Of a stretch of 64,000 nucleotides of DNA, positions 47,912-56,800 are shown piece after piece. The notes beneath the pieces were generated by a model. The model ran no database searches. It worked only from the letters and a program-made list of their open reading frames with translations, and was not told where the DNA came from. A program made the translations under genes and the position numbers. Position 1 is the stretch's first letter. Each line of letters opens with the position of its first letter. The stretch lies in NCBI GenBank assembly GCA_023129115.1, contig JAGMCR010000011.1, positions 32,001-96,000 on the forward strand, read 5' to 3'. The DNA is from Candidatus Iainarchaeum sp. GTDB lineage: Archaea; B1Sed10-29; WALL01.

Positions 47912-50900
47912 GCTTTCTCGACCGTCATGGCAGTTATTTGCCACTTGGAGTCAGTAGCCATCCATACCTCGTGCAGCACCTTGGCCTGGTCGATGTCCAC
48001 CATGGAGTAGTGCACGTACCTGTCCCCCGGCGGCAGCGCAGGTGCGTCCTCTGGCGCGTAGGGCGTGATGAACGTGCCCCCAGTGGACTTGTGCGTCGCC
48101 TCTATCCAGTCCTCGGAGCGGGCCGTACCCGAGACGCGGACCTCGTCGAGCATGCCATTGAAGAACTGGCCCTCGCCCGCGGTGGCGTGGATTTGCTTCC
48201 CGATGTACAGCGGGTGTGTGCTTATCGGAAGCGTTGACGCGCTGTACGTCCCCGAGCCAGCCGGCGCCCCGTTGATGTAGAACGCGTACGCGCCGTTGCT
48301 GAACGTAACTGCCATGTGCGCCCATGTGTTGGTCGGGAACAGTGCTGTGGAGTCTGTGAAGTCATAGCCGCCAAGGTACGAGAAGAGCCTGAGCTTGGCC
48401 GACGACGGGAACTGTACGCCGTAGTTAAGCATCCTGTCGCCGCTTGAGTGCGGGTTGCCCTTCGTGATTATGGAGCGGTAGCCTGCCACGTCTCTGGTAT
48501 AGACCCACGCCGACACCGTAAGTGTGTCCGGGACATTCAAGGTCGGGCCAGCCCCGCAGTCAATGGACCCACTGCTCCCGTCGAAGTTGTCTGCGCCGCC
48601 AACCACGCCACTGGTGGCTGTTACCCCGCCGCCCCGCGTGCCCGTGTTGGTGTTGCCTGTCGAGTCCGGCGCATCCGCCGCGCCCTCGCCGAGGTGCCAC
48701 ACCCCCCTGTAGCCATTGCCCCACACAGCCGCCGGGTCTTCGGCGCTGGTGTCGGGGCAGTCGTAGTACGCCCAGATGTGGTCGCTCGTGCTGCCGGCCG
48801 GTATGTGCGGGACCTTGACCCACACGAACGAGTCGCCGCCCTGCACCCACTCCTCAATTTCCTTGGGCAGGGGCGTTGTCCCATCGCTGTCGTAGAACCT
48901 TATGTCGTCCGGGCCGGTGAGCGAGTACTCGATATTGCTCGGCGTGAGCTTCACCATGACCGGGAAGCCCACGAGGTCTTCTGCGGACGCGCTGTTGTCG
49001 AACTCGAGCCTCACGCGCCTGTTGCAGCCTCCGCACGAGCCCTGGAACGTGCTCTCGACCGCCGCGCCAAACACGCCCCACTGCTGTGGCGCGTAGGCAT
49101 AACTGTCGAACGTGCCGTCGGTGTAGAACACTGTGAGGGTGTTGAGTATCGTGGCGCTCGCGGTCGCGGAGTCGGTGAGCCCTTCCTGGTCGTACGCGGT
49201 TATGCTGCAGTCCCAATCCTCGCCAGCAGCAGTATCCGCTGCAGTGGGCGCGAGGCTCGTGTAGCAAGCCTTCCCGTGCGTGCACAGTATCTCGTTTACG
49301 TCCCACGCGGGCTCGTGCCCGCCGTTCCGGTACCACGTCACATTCGCCTTGAGCACGTCGCCTTCGTCGGCGTCCGTAATCACCCACGTGCAGTTCAGGT
49401 CCTCAAGGAACGTCGGGTGCAGTGGGATTGTCCGCTGGCCGCTGATTACAGGGAAATTGGGGAACGTGTCGCACACCTCGCTGGACCAGTCGGTCCCGAT
49501 TCCATTGGCGTTCTGTGCCTTTGCCTCGTAGCAAATCTGCGTTGGGCTCGCGCTAGTGTCGGTGTAGAGCGTTGAGGTTATCCAGCCGCTGTCGGTCCCG
49601 TTGCCGTACGTGTTGTTGGCGTAGTACTGTGTGCCACCGGGGTTCCCGTTGGCTATGATTGTGACTTCGCACCTGTCGGGGCTGCGGCGGCAATCGACCA
49701 CAAGCCCCGGGACTGCGGCATAGGTATAGTCACACACTGCAGTTGTGGTCCACGCGGTCTCTTGCCCCCACTTGTCCGTGGCCTTGGCGCGGTAGCAGTA
49801 CTGCGTGTTCGGCGCCAATCCCATGTCAACGAACACATTGCTGGCCTGCCACGTGAAGTTGCTCCCGCCGCCGGTGGTCTCCCACAGGCTGTAGTTCACG
49901 CCGCTCGGGTCGGTCGACACCGTCGCCGTCACGGTTATCTGCGACTTGGAATTGACGACCACCGACGCAATCGTCGTGGGGTCCGGGCTCGGCGGCCCAA
50001 CGTCAATGTTTATCTGGAAGTGCGCCGTGTTCCCCCACTTGCCCATGTGGTTCTTGGGGCGCACGTGGAACCACCACGTGGCCTCGGAAATGTTGGAGTA
50101 GCTTGCGTTCGTCGCAGTCGTCACATTGTCCGTCCCCTCCTGCGGCGTGTACGTTGAGTTTGCGTTCAGCGCGTGGATGTACTTCTCTATCCCAGAGCAC
50201 GAGAATGGCTTTGTCCAGTTGAACTGCGGGTCCTGGCTCGCGTACGCCTGCGAGCTGTTCGGGTGCGTCGACGACGAAACCACGGGCGCGCCCGGGCTAG
50301 CCGTGTCAATCTTCGTGATTGCCCCGGAGTTGACCAGCCCGCTGCCGCGGCCGGCAATGTCGCTCGCCTCGTGCCTGAACCTGTACGCGCTGCAGCTCGA
50401 CCCCACGTAGTTGAAGTCCGTGCCGCTCGTGTCCGCCGTGGTGTACCCCCCCCACGCGCCAAGCACGTCCTCGTCGCCTATCGCGGCGCTGTCGACTTCG
50501 GTGACAGAGCCGGCATAGCCGCTCGGGTCGACGCCCCAGTCGCCCGCGGCCTGCGTGACCGCAATCGTAGTGGTGTCCTGGAACCCGTCGAAGTGGCCCA
50601 CTGTCGCGAACGGGTCCACCAGGTCCAGGTTTATCGAGTCCTGTATGAGTATGGAGGGATTGCCCGCGCGGTCGTTGCACACAATCCTCGCGTAGCGCTC
50701 GCCCTCGTACGGGCGCGGCGGCACAGCCGGCCACGACGGCGGCCACGGCCCGGCCGGGAGGGCCGAGCTCCAGCTCTTCCACAGCAGGTGCGTGTCGTAC
50801 GCATTCCCGTTCCCGACAATCGTGTCCCACTCAACAGGGCCCGTGGTGAACGCGGCATCGGTGGGCTCAAGCTGCTCGCACTCGTGGATGCGGCACTCCG

Positions 50901-51180
50901 GCGGGCAGCTTGGTGGGTCTCCTTCCACGCAGTCCACACAATTGATGTCCAGGTCCGCGCAGTCGCTTATCCAGCACTGGCCCAGCCCCGCGACATCGAT
51001 TTCCGCGGCGTACGGCTCGTATATCCCGCTGAAGTCGACCGTCACCAGGCCCCCATCGGCGCCGGCGTACAGCGCCTCGTAGTTGGCGCTTATCACGCCT
51101 GCCGGCGCGGTAAAGTCCACTATCAATGCCGCAAACGCACCTCCCATCAGCAGTAACACCACGAGTAATGCCTTGTTCAT
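47896..51180 (-). CDS. Secreted multidomain adhesin Z2 (Ig/Fn3 repeats, DUF2341, LamG), about 1094 aa
   Basis: Signal peptide MNKALLVVLLLMGGAFA; DIRFYDSDG...VWVKVP (DUF2341); FNGMLDEVRVS (LamG). ATGA overlap with the upstream gene. The last codons lie inside the IS right end. Confidence 0.85.
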   Translation of the reverse strand: MNKALLVVLLLMGGAFAALIVDFTAPAGVISANYEALYAGADGGLVTVDFSGIYEPYAAEIDVAGLGQCWISDCADLDINCVDCVEGDPPSCPPECRIHECEQLEPTDAAFTTGPVEWDTIVGNGNAYDTHLLWKSWSSALPAGPWPPSWPAVPPRPYEGERYARIVCNDRAGNPSILIQDSINLDLVDPFATVGHFDGFQDTTTIAVTQAAGDWGVDPSGYAGSVTEVDSAAIGDEDVLGAWGGYTTADTSGTDFNYVGSSCSAYRFRHEASDIAGRGSGLVNSGAITKIDTASPGAPVVSSSTHPNSSQAYASQDPQFNWTKPFSCSGIEKYIHALNANSTYTPQEGTDNVTTATNASYSNISEATWWFHVRPKNHMGKWGNTAHFQINIDVGPPSPDPTTIASVVVNSKSQITVTATVSTDPSGVNYSLWETTGGGSNFTWQASNVFVDMGLAPNTQYCYRAKATDKWGQETAWTTTAVCDYTYAAVPGLVVDCRRSPDRCEVTIIANGNPGGTQYYANNTYGNGTDSGWITSTLYTDTSASPTQICYEAKAQNANGIGTDWSSEVCDTFPNFPVISGQRTIPLHPTFLEDLNCTWVITDADEGDVLKANVTWYRNGGHEPAWDVNEILCTHGKACYTSLAPTAADTAAGEDWDCSITAYDQEGLTDSATASATILNTLTVFYTDGTFDSYAYAPQQWGVFGAAVESTFQGSCGGCNRRVRLEFDNSASAEDLVGFPVMVKLTPSNIEYSLTGPDDIRFYDSDGTTPLPKEIEEWVQGGDSFVWVKVPHIPAGSTSDHIWAYYDCPDTSAEDPAAVWGNGYRGVWHLGEGAADAPDSTGNTNTGTRGGGVTATSGVVGGADNFDGSSGSIDCGAGPTLNVPDTLTVSAWVYTRDVAGYRSIITKGNPHSSGDRMLNYGVQFPSSAKLRLFSYLGGYDFTDSTALFPTNTWAHMAVTFSNGAYAFYINGAPAGSGTYSASTLPISTHPLYIGKQIHATAGEGQFFNGMLDEVRVSGTARSEDWIEATHKSTGGTFITPYAPEDAPALPPGDRYVHYSMVDIDQAKVLHEVWMATDSKWQITAMTVEKASTAP

Positions 51181-51743
51181 CTCATGCACCCCAATTCGCT
51201 TGCGCAGACCAGTATGTTATCTATCCTGATTACGGGAATGTCCCCGCCCCCATTGTCCTTACAATAAAGGTTGAGGTTGTAGCTCCCGTCGAAAAAGTAA
51301 TTCGTGAGCGTGCAGCTCACCTTGGTCTTGGTCGCCCCAGGCTCCTCGACCACGCAGTCCCACTTGGACGCGTCCGTCACCCCCGAGGCGCATTCCGCCA
51401 CGCCGTTCTCCCAGTAAACGTCGAACCCAATCGTGGGCCGGGTATTGTTGTAGAACGTCTTGTTGCTGCAGAAGAGCCCGCCCGGCGTTTCCTCGCACTG
51501 CACGGGCATGCAGTCGCCGTAGCAATTCTCCAGTGTCTCTCCCTCGTCGCAGTACTTGTCGTTGTTGCAGACCGGCACTGCAGTGGGCGAGGGCGTTGGA
51601 GTGGGTGTTGGCACTATGGGTGTTGGGGAGGGGGCCGGAGGCTCTTCCCGCCCCCCCATGATGATGGCTGCCGCTATGACCACGGCGGCTATTCCCGCCA
51701 GCAGTGCCAGCTTTTCCTTTGTCTCCAACTCTTTTTGCCTCAC
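51177..51743 (-). CDS. Small membrane-anchored Cys-rich Ig-like protein Y2 with PT linker
   Basis: Start moved to GTG 51743 (GTGA overlap with the previous stop). TM helix, PTPTP, CNNDKYCDEGET, and paralogy to 53328-53855. Confidence 0.8.
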   Translation of the reverse strand: MRQKELETKEKLALLAGIAAVVIAAAIIMGGREEPPAPSPTPIVPTPTPTPSPTAVPVCNNDKYCDEGETLENCYGDCMPVQCEETPGGLFCSNKTFYNNTRPTIGFDVYWENGVAECASGVTDASKWDCVVEEPGATKTKVSCTLTNYFFDGSYNLNLYCKDNGGGDIPVIRIDNILVCASELGCMR

Positions 51744-53323
51744 GTTGTCGATGTCGCCCAGTTGCCCCAGTTTCCTGCGGTGTCCTGCGCGCGCACTCTC
51801 CAGACCCACTTGCCCTGGCAGAGGACCACGCCAATCATTCCGCTTGGCCCCCCGTACATTCCTACGGGGCAGTCGTGGGTCGCGTAGTTGTTCGTGTCGT
51901 AGATGCTTGTCGGTGCGGACACGTACTGGTCCACGCCGTCGTTGTCCGTGCCTACTGGGTCTGTGACCCATCCGGTGTCCCTCGCGACCTGGAGCTGGTA
52001 CTGGGCCAGGCCCGCGGCCTCGCCTATGCCGCCCTGGTCGCCGTAGTCCGTGGACACGCCCCAGTCGAACGTCGGCAGCCCGGTCGCGTCATACGACACT
52101 TCAATGATTGATGGCGCGGTTGGGTCGGTCTTGTCTATCTTGAACTCCACTGGCGACGAGTACTTGGTGTTGCCTGCGTCGTCCTTTGCCGCTGCGCACA
52201 CCCACGCGTGCGCGGTGATGGGCATGCTCGCCCCGACACTGTAGTCCGCGTACGTGGTTGAGCACACAGGCTCGTTTTCCTGGGCATATACCTTAAACGC
52301 GTACGTCCCGGTGTCGCAGCCGCAGTTGTCAGTGCAGCTTCCTATGGTTGCGGTCGCGTCAATGTTCTGCCAGCTGCCCGGCGCCCCGCCCACTGTCAGG
52401 GTCGACGGCGCGGTCTTGTCGTGCCAGACCTCGGTGCCCGGGTCGTGTGCGTACGCCCACTCGTCCAGCGGCCTTGAGGCGGCGTCCCTCGCGCGGTACC
52501 TGAACTTGTACCACTTGCACTCGGCGGGGAACGTGTACACGCAGTCGGCGCACGTGTCTGTGCATGCCGCCACTTCTGTCCAGCCGTCATACGACCCGCC
52601 GTCAATCTTTTCGTCGACTGCGACCTTGCAGTCGGCGGCCACTCCGCTCGGCGAAACGCCCCAGTCTGCTTCGGTGGTCGAGATTGTGTGGGTCGTGCTG
52701 GTCGTTGTGCCGCCCGCGTAGCTGATTGACTGTGTCGGGTCAATCATGTCCAGGTTTATCGAGTCCTGGAGCTGTGACGCTATGTTGCCTGCCTTGTCCA
52801 CGCACGTGACCCTGACGACGCGCTCGCCCTCCATCGGGCACGGCGGGGCAACGTCTGGCCAGGACGGCGGCCACATAGTCCCGGCGTCGCAGTACCCCGG
52901 GATTTCTGCGTTCGTCCTGAACATCAGGTGCGTTATGTACCCCTCGGTGTCAATGCCCGCCCAGTTGTGTATGGCGCCGAACCTCGCGTCTTCTGGCGCG
53001 ATGGTCTCGCACTGCACGTAGTCACCTGGATATGACAAGAGCGCGCAGTCCTGTATGTAGCACCCGTCCAGCCCGGCCACTTCTATCTGGCCGGCGTAGG
53101 CGTCGGTTATCCCCGTAAAGTCCACCTTGATAGCGCCCAGTACGGGGCTGTCTGTGCCAACCGTGGGGTTGCAGTTCGCAGCATCGATACAGCCGCTGGT
53201 TGTCACCTCTGTGAGTGTGGATGCGTCCAGCCCGACAGGCACGCCAATCGGTATGCTCCAGTCCACTGTAAGGTACGCAGATGCCATCGTGAGCATCAAT
53301 AGAGTGAGAATTACTTGCTTCAT
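51740..53323 (-). CDS. Secreted Ig/Fn3 protein Z1, 527 aa; N-domain resembles Z2 and C-domains resemble the giant adhesin
   Basis: Signal peptide MKQVILTLLMLTMASA; WPPSWP...EGER...QDSINLD; ARDTGWxTDPVGTDNDG...CQGKWVWRVRA. Confidence 0.85.
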   Translation of the reverse strand: MKQVILTLLMLTMASAYLTVDWSIPIGVPVGLDASTLTEVTTSGCIDAANCNPTVGTDSPVLGAIKVDFTGITDAYAGQIEVAGLDGCYIQDCALLSYPGDYVQCETIAPEDARFGAIHNWAGIDTEGYITHLMFRTNAEIPGYCDAGTMWPPSWPDVAPPCPMEGERVVRVTCVDKAGNIASQLQDSINLDMIDPTQSISYAGGTTTSTTHTISTTEADWGVSPSGVAADCKVAVDEKIDGGSYDGWTEVAACTDTCADCVYTFPAECKWYKFRYRARDAASRPLDEWAYAHDPGTEVWHDKTAPSTLTVGGAPGSWQNIDATATIGSCTDNCGCDTGTYAFKVYAQENEPVCSTTYADYSVGASMPITAHAWVCAAAKDDAGNTKYSSPVEFKIDKTDPTAPSIIEVSYDATGLPTFDWGVSTDYGDQGGIGEAAGLAQYQLQVARDTGWVTDPVGTDNDGVDQYVSAPTSIYDTNNYATHDCPVGMYGGPSGMIGVVLCQGKWVWRVRAQDTAGNWGNWATSTT

Positions 53324-53327
53324 TCAA

Positions 53328-53855
53328 TCACCCCTCGTACCACTGGCCGCAGCCGGTGTCGCTCGCGCAGACAAATATCTTGTCGACGGTCTCCCTCGGC
53401 AGCCTGTCGCCGTTGTTGTCCGTGCAGTGCAGGTTCAGCATGTAGGTGCCGTCGTAGAAGTAATTCTGCAGCGTGCACTCCACGTTTGTCTCGGTCGCGC
53501 CCGGCTCTTTCACTACGCAGTCCCACTTGGACGCGTCGGTCAGCCCCGATGAGCATGCCTGTACCCCGGTGGGGCTGGACATCCTGACTATTATGCTTGG
53601 TGTGGTGTCCGTGTAGCTCTCGGACCCGGGCGCCCTCTCTGCGGACAGCGCTCCGGTTATTATGCAGTCGGCGGGGCATGATGCCTTGGTCTCGCCAGGC
53701 TCGCACACTCCGTTGTTGTTGCACGTGCCTCCTGGCGTTACTGGCGCCCGGGGTGTCTCCCCTGGCTGCATGATAAAAAACAAAGCAATCAATATCACTG
53801 CAACCAAGAGCGCCGCTATGTAGAGCGGCTGGATTTCGGTTTTTTTCTTTGCCAT
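53328..53855 (-). CDS. Small membrane-anchored Cys-rich Ig-like protein Y1
   Basis: Basic N-terminus plus TM helix; CNNNGVCEPGET; TDASKWDCVV motif shared with Y2. Confidence 0.85.
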   Translation of the reverse strand: MAKKKTEIQPLYIAALLVAVILIALFFIMQPGETPRAPVTPGGTCNNNGVCEPGETKASCPADCIITGALSAERAPGSESYTDTTPSIIVRMSSPTGVQACSSGLTDASKWDCVVKEPGATETNVECTLQNYFYDGTYMLNLHCTDNNGDRLPRETVDKIFVCASDTGCGQWYEG

Positions 53856-53885
53856 TTTTTTTGCCTCAGTTTAAGTTGGTTAATG

Positions 53886-56800
53886 CTAAATCTCCTGCGC
53901 CCACGGCCCTGGGGCGAGCGCGTTGTCCCTCGCCCTCACTCTCCAGACCCACTTGCCCTGGCACAGGCACGCGTCCATGCCGTCCGGCCCGCCGTACGGC
54001 CCCACCGGGCACCAGTGCGTCGTGCTTGGGGTGTACGAGCAAGTCCCGGCGCTGCAGTACGTCCCCTTGGCAATCCATCCCGTGTCGAAGCCGTCGTTGT
54101 CCGTGCCCACTGGGTCCGTGGCCCACCCCGTGTCCCTCGCGACCTCGAGCTCGTAGTCCTTGATGCCGGAGCCGCCCGTGTCACTTGCCTCTGTCCACTG
54201 GAACGTGGGGCACTCCACGTTGGTGTACTGCACTGCCGTCAGCACAGGGGCGGGCGGCGCGGCTTGGTCCACCTTGAACTCGATGCCGGCCGCCTGGTAC
54301 CCAATGTTTCCGAGCGTGTCCTTTGCCGCGGCGCACACCCACACGTGGCTCGTTATGTCCGACGGCGACGGCAGGGTGTACGAGCCGTAGTCCTGCGGGC
54401 ACGCGCCTGCAGCGCCCGTAGTATATATCTTATAGGTCCCAGTGTCGCATCCGGCCGTGCCCACGTCGCTGCATGTGACTGTTGCCGGCGAGGTGGCCTC
54501 GGTCCAGTCTGCCGGCGCGCCGTCCGTGCTCACCGGCGACGGTGCCGAGTTGTCAATGTCCACGACGTCGTTGTTGGTCTTGTACCCGACGGACCAGCCG
54601 TACCCGTCCCACGCGCGGCACCTGAGGTCCACGCCGGTCTGTGTTGCCACGAGGCTGACGTCCCAGTTGCACGAGCCGCTGCTGCATCCGCCAATGTCGT
54701 GCCATCCGCCACTGTAGTTCGCTTCTATCTGGTACGTGATGGAGTCGCCGTCCGCGTCAACCGCACTCGCGCACGTAATCGCCACCAGCGGGCTGTCCCC
54801 GCCCCTGGTGACCACACTGGTCGGCGTGAGCGTGGTCGGGTTCGGCGGCAGAGTGTTGCACCATGCCTTTGCCTCGGCGGTCTCCTGGGCAGCGCCGCTC
54901 GCGGCTATGTTGAACGTCCCGCTGCACGTGATGCACGTGTACCCGCCCTCTGGCGAGACGCTCCACGACACGCCGTTGAACGCGATTGGGTCAGTGTTCG
55001 TGAAGTCCACTGTCTCTGTCCGGTACTGCTGGTGTGTCTCGTACTGCGAGCAGGTGCCGTTGGGGCCCCACCCGTTTTCGACTAGGGTTATGGTGCCGGC
55101 CTCGCTCCACTTGAACGTGTACTGGTCGTTCCCGCCCGCGGTGGGGCTGACTGTCTTCGCGCCGCAGTCGACGGCGGCGTACGAGTCCCCGGTCTGGCTT
55201 TCCCCGACGCCGTCCCAGTACGCGCCGTCGTCGCACGCGTCCTGCAGCGAGGCGCTCGCGGCCTCTGCCGCGGTGTTGCTCACGGTAACAGTGCACTGCT
55301 CGTACGCGGTGCCGCCCGCCACTGTAGTGCTCCCGGTGTCCTGCTCGGGCACGCAGTCGCTCGCGGTGAGCGCATTGTCCCACGTGTAGCACAGCGACTC
55401 GTATTCAGTCGTGTGGTACGGCGCGTGTGACTCCCACACCGCGGGGTTTGCGGTCTGGGCGGTGTAGTCTTTTATCGCGGTGTCTATGTCCGGGTCGTAC
55501 TCGGGCGCTGCCACGGCGTACGAGAGCCCGCTTATTCCGTCGTAGTGGAGCGTTTGCCTGCGCGTGAACGACGTGCCGTCGCCGTCGTTTAGGAATATGT
55601 CGACGCTCCTGTCAACGTGGTTCTCGTACGAGACCACGTAGTCCTGGTCGCCGTCGTGGTCGAAGTCAAAGGCCCCGCCCCCGCCGTGGTCGTCGGTGTC
55701 GAACACAACTCCCTGGTACGAGAACGTCGCCGGGTCGCCGCCCATGTTCTTGAACAGGGAGTGCGCGCCGCCGCCTCCCTCGCTGCGGATGAAGTCTGGC
55801 AGGCCGTCGCCCGTGAAGTCCGCCGCGGCGAACGAGTACGAGTCCCACGTGTTCGCGTCGCCGTCCGCGACCACCGGGGCCTCGAAGAGCCCGGTGCCGA
55901 GCCCGTACCAGATAACCGTGCCGCCGTTGCCGCTTATCGCGAAGTCCATGTTGCCGTCCATGTCAAAGTCTGCGGCGTCGCACTCGCGGATGCTGCCACT
56001 GGGCTTGCCCTGTATCGCCTCGTACGTGAACCCTCCTGTGCCGTCCCCCAGGAAGCGGTAGACCTGTGAAATGACGTTTGGCGCTGCGATGAAGTCGTAG
56101 TTCCCGTCGTTGTTGAAGTCCGCTGCCGCGGTGCACATCATGTAGTTGTTCGTCCACCCGCTCACAGTGGCTATCGCCACTTCGGTGAACGACTCGTACC
56201 CTGTCTTGCGGAGCATTGAGATTGCCCCATAGTCATTGATTATCACGTCGTAGTCGCCGTCGTTGTCGAAGTCGGCCATGGTGCTGCTCCTCGGCATCCG
56301 GTTCCCGTAGTCGCCGAGGTAGACCAGCTGCGAGAACGACCCGTCGCCGTACGAGTGGACCATGTACGCGCGCTCGTAGTCATCTATCACGAAGATGTAC
56401 TCTTCACTGGCTTCTGCTGTGCCCGAGCACACCTGCCCGTCGTAAAGCGTCCAGCTGTCCACGCCGGCGTCAAGGCCCTTGCTCTCGTCGTAGTACCAGC
56501 CGGCCGAGCGCACGTCGCCGCCGACGCTGTTGTCAATCGTTATGGTCTCGCGGTACTCCAGGTCTGCCGCGCCCTCTTCCTCGATTGTTGGAGTGCCGGA
56601 CTGTGTGGGGCTGCCCCAGCTGGTGTCCGCCCTTATCCCGTAGTTGTGCACGCCGAGGGCGCCCGTCATGCCACTGTGGTCTGTGCAGCTTACCCGGTAG
56701 TCGACGTCGCCCTTGCTGAACGCGTTCGGGCCCCAGTTCACTGTGCAGGACGTCTCGGTGTCGCAGTCGAGATGCGCCGAGTTTCCAATGTTGCCCTCGT

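Larger units (their letters stand above)
50600..54535 (-). repeat. Diverged tandem duplication of a ~1.8-kb unit (C-domain X, gene Y, N-domain Z) with ~2.1-kb period
   Basis: Protein-level matches across three genes. The 27-mer CACTCTCCAGACCCACTTGCCCTGGCA is identical near 51794 and 53937. Confidence 0.8.

Noticed and set aside
46694-47915. CGCTT on both sides of the tnpB element; removing the interval would fuse Z2 in frame to DUF192
   Set aside because: IS200/605 elements do not create target-site duplications, a 5-mer match is expected by chance, and the left end is not defined.
51744-51971. Upstream 76 codons of the 264-aa ORF
   Set aside because: An alternate-frame overlap with the Z1 C-terminus; paralogy with Y1 supports a start at about 51743.
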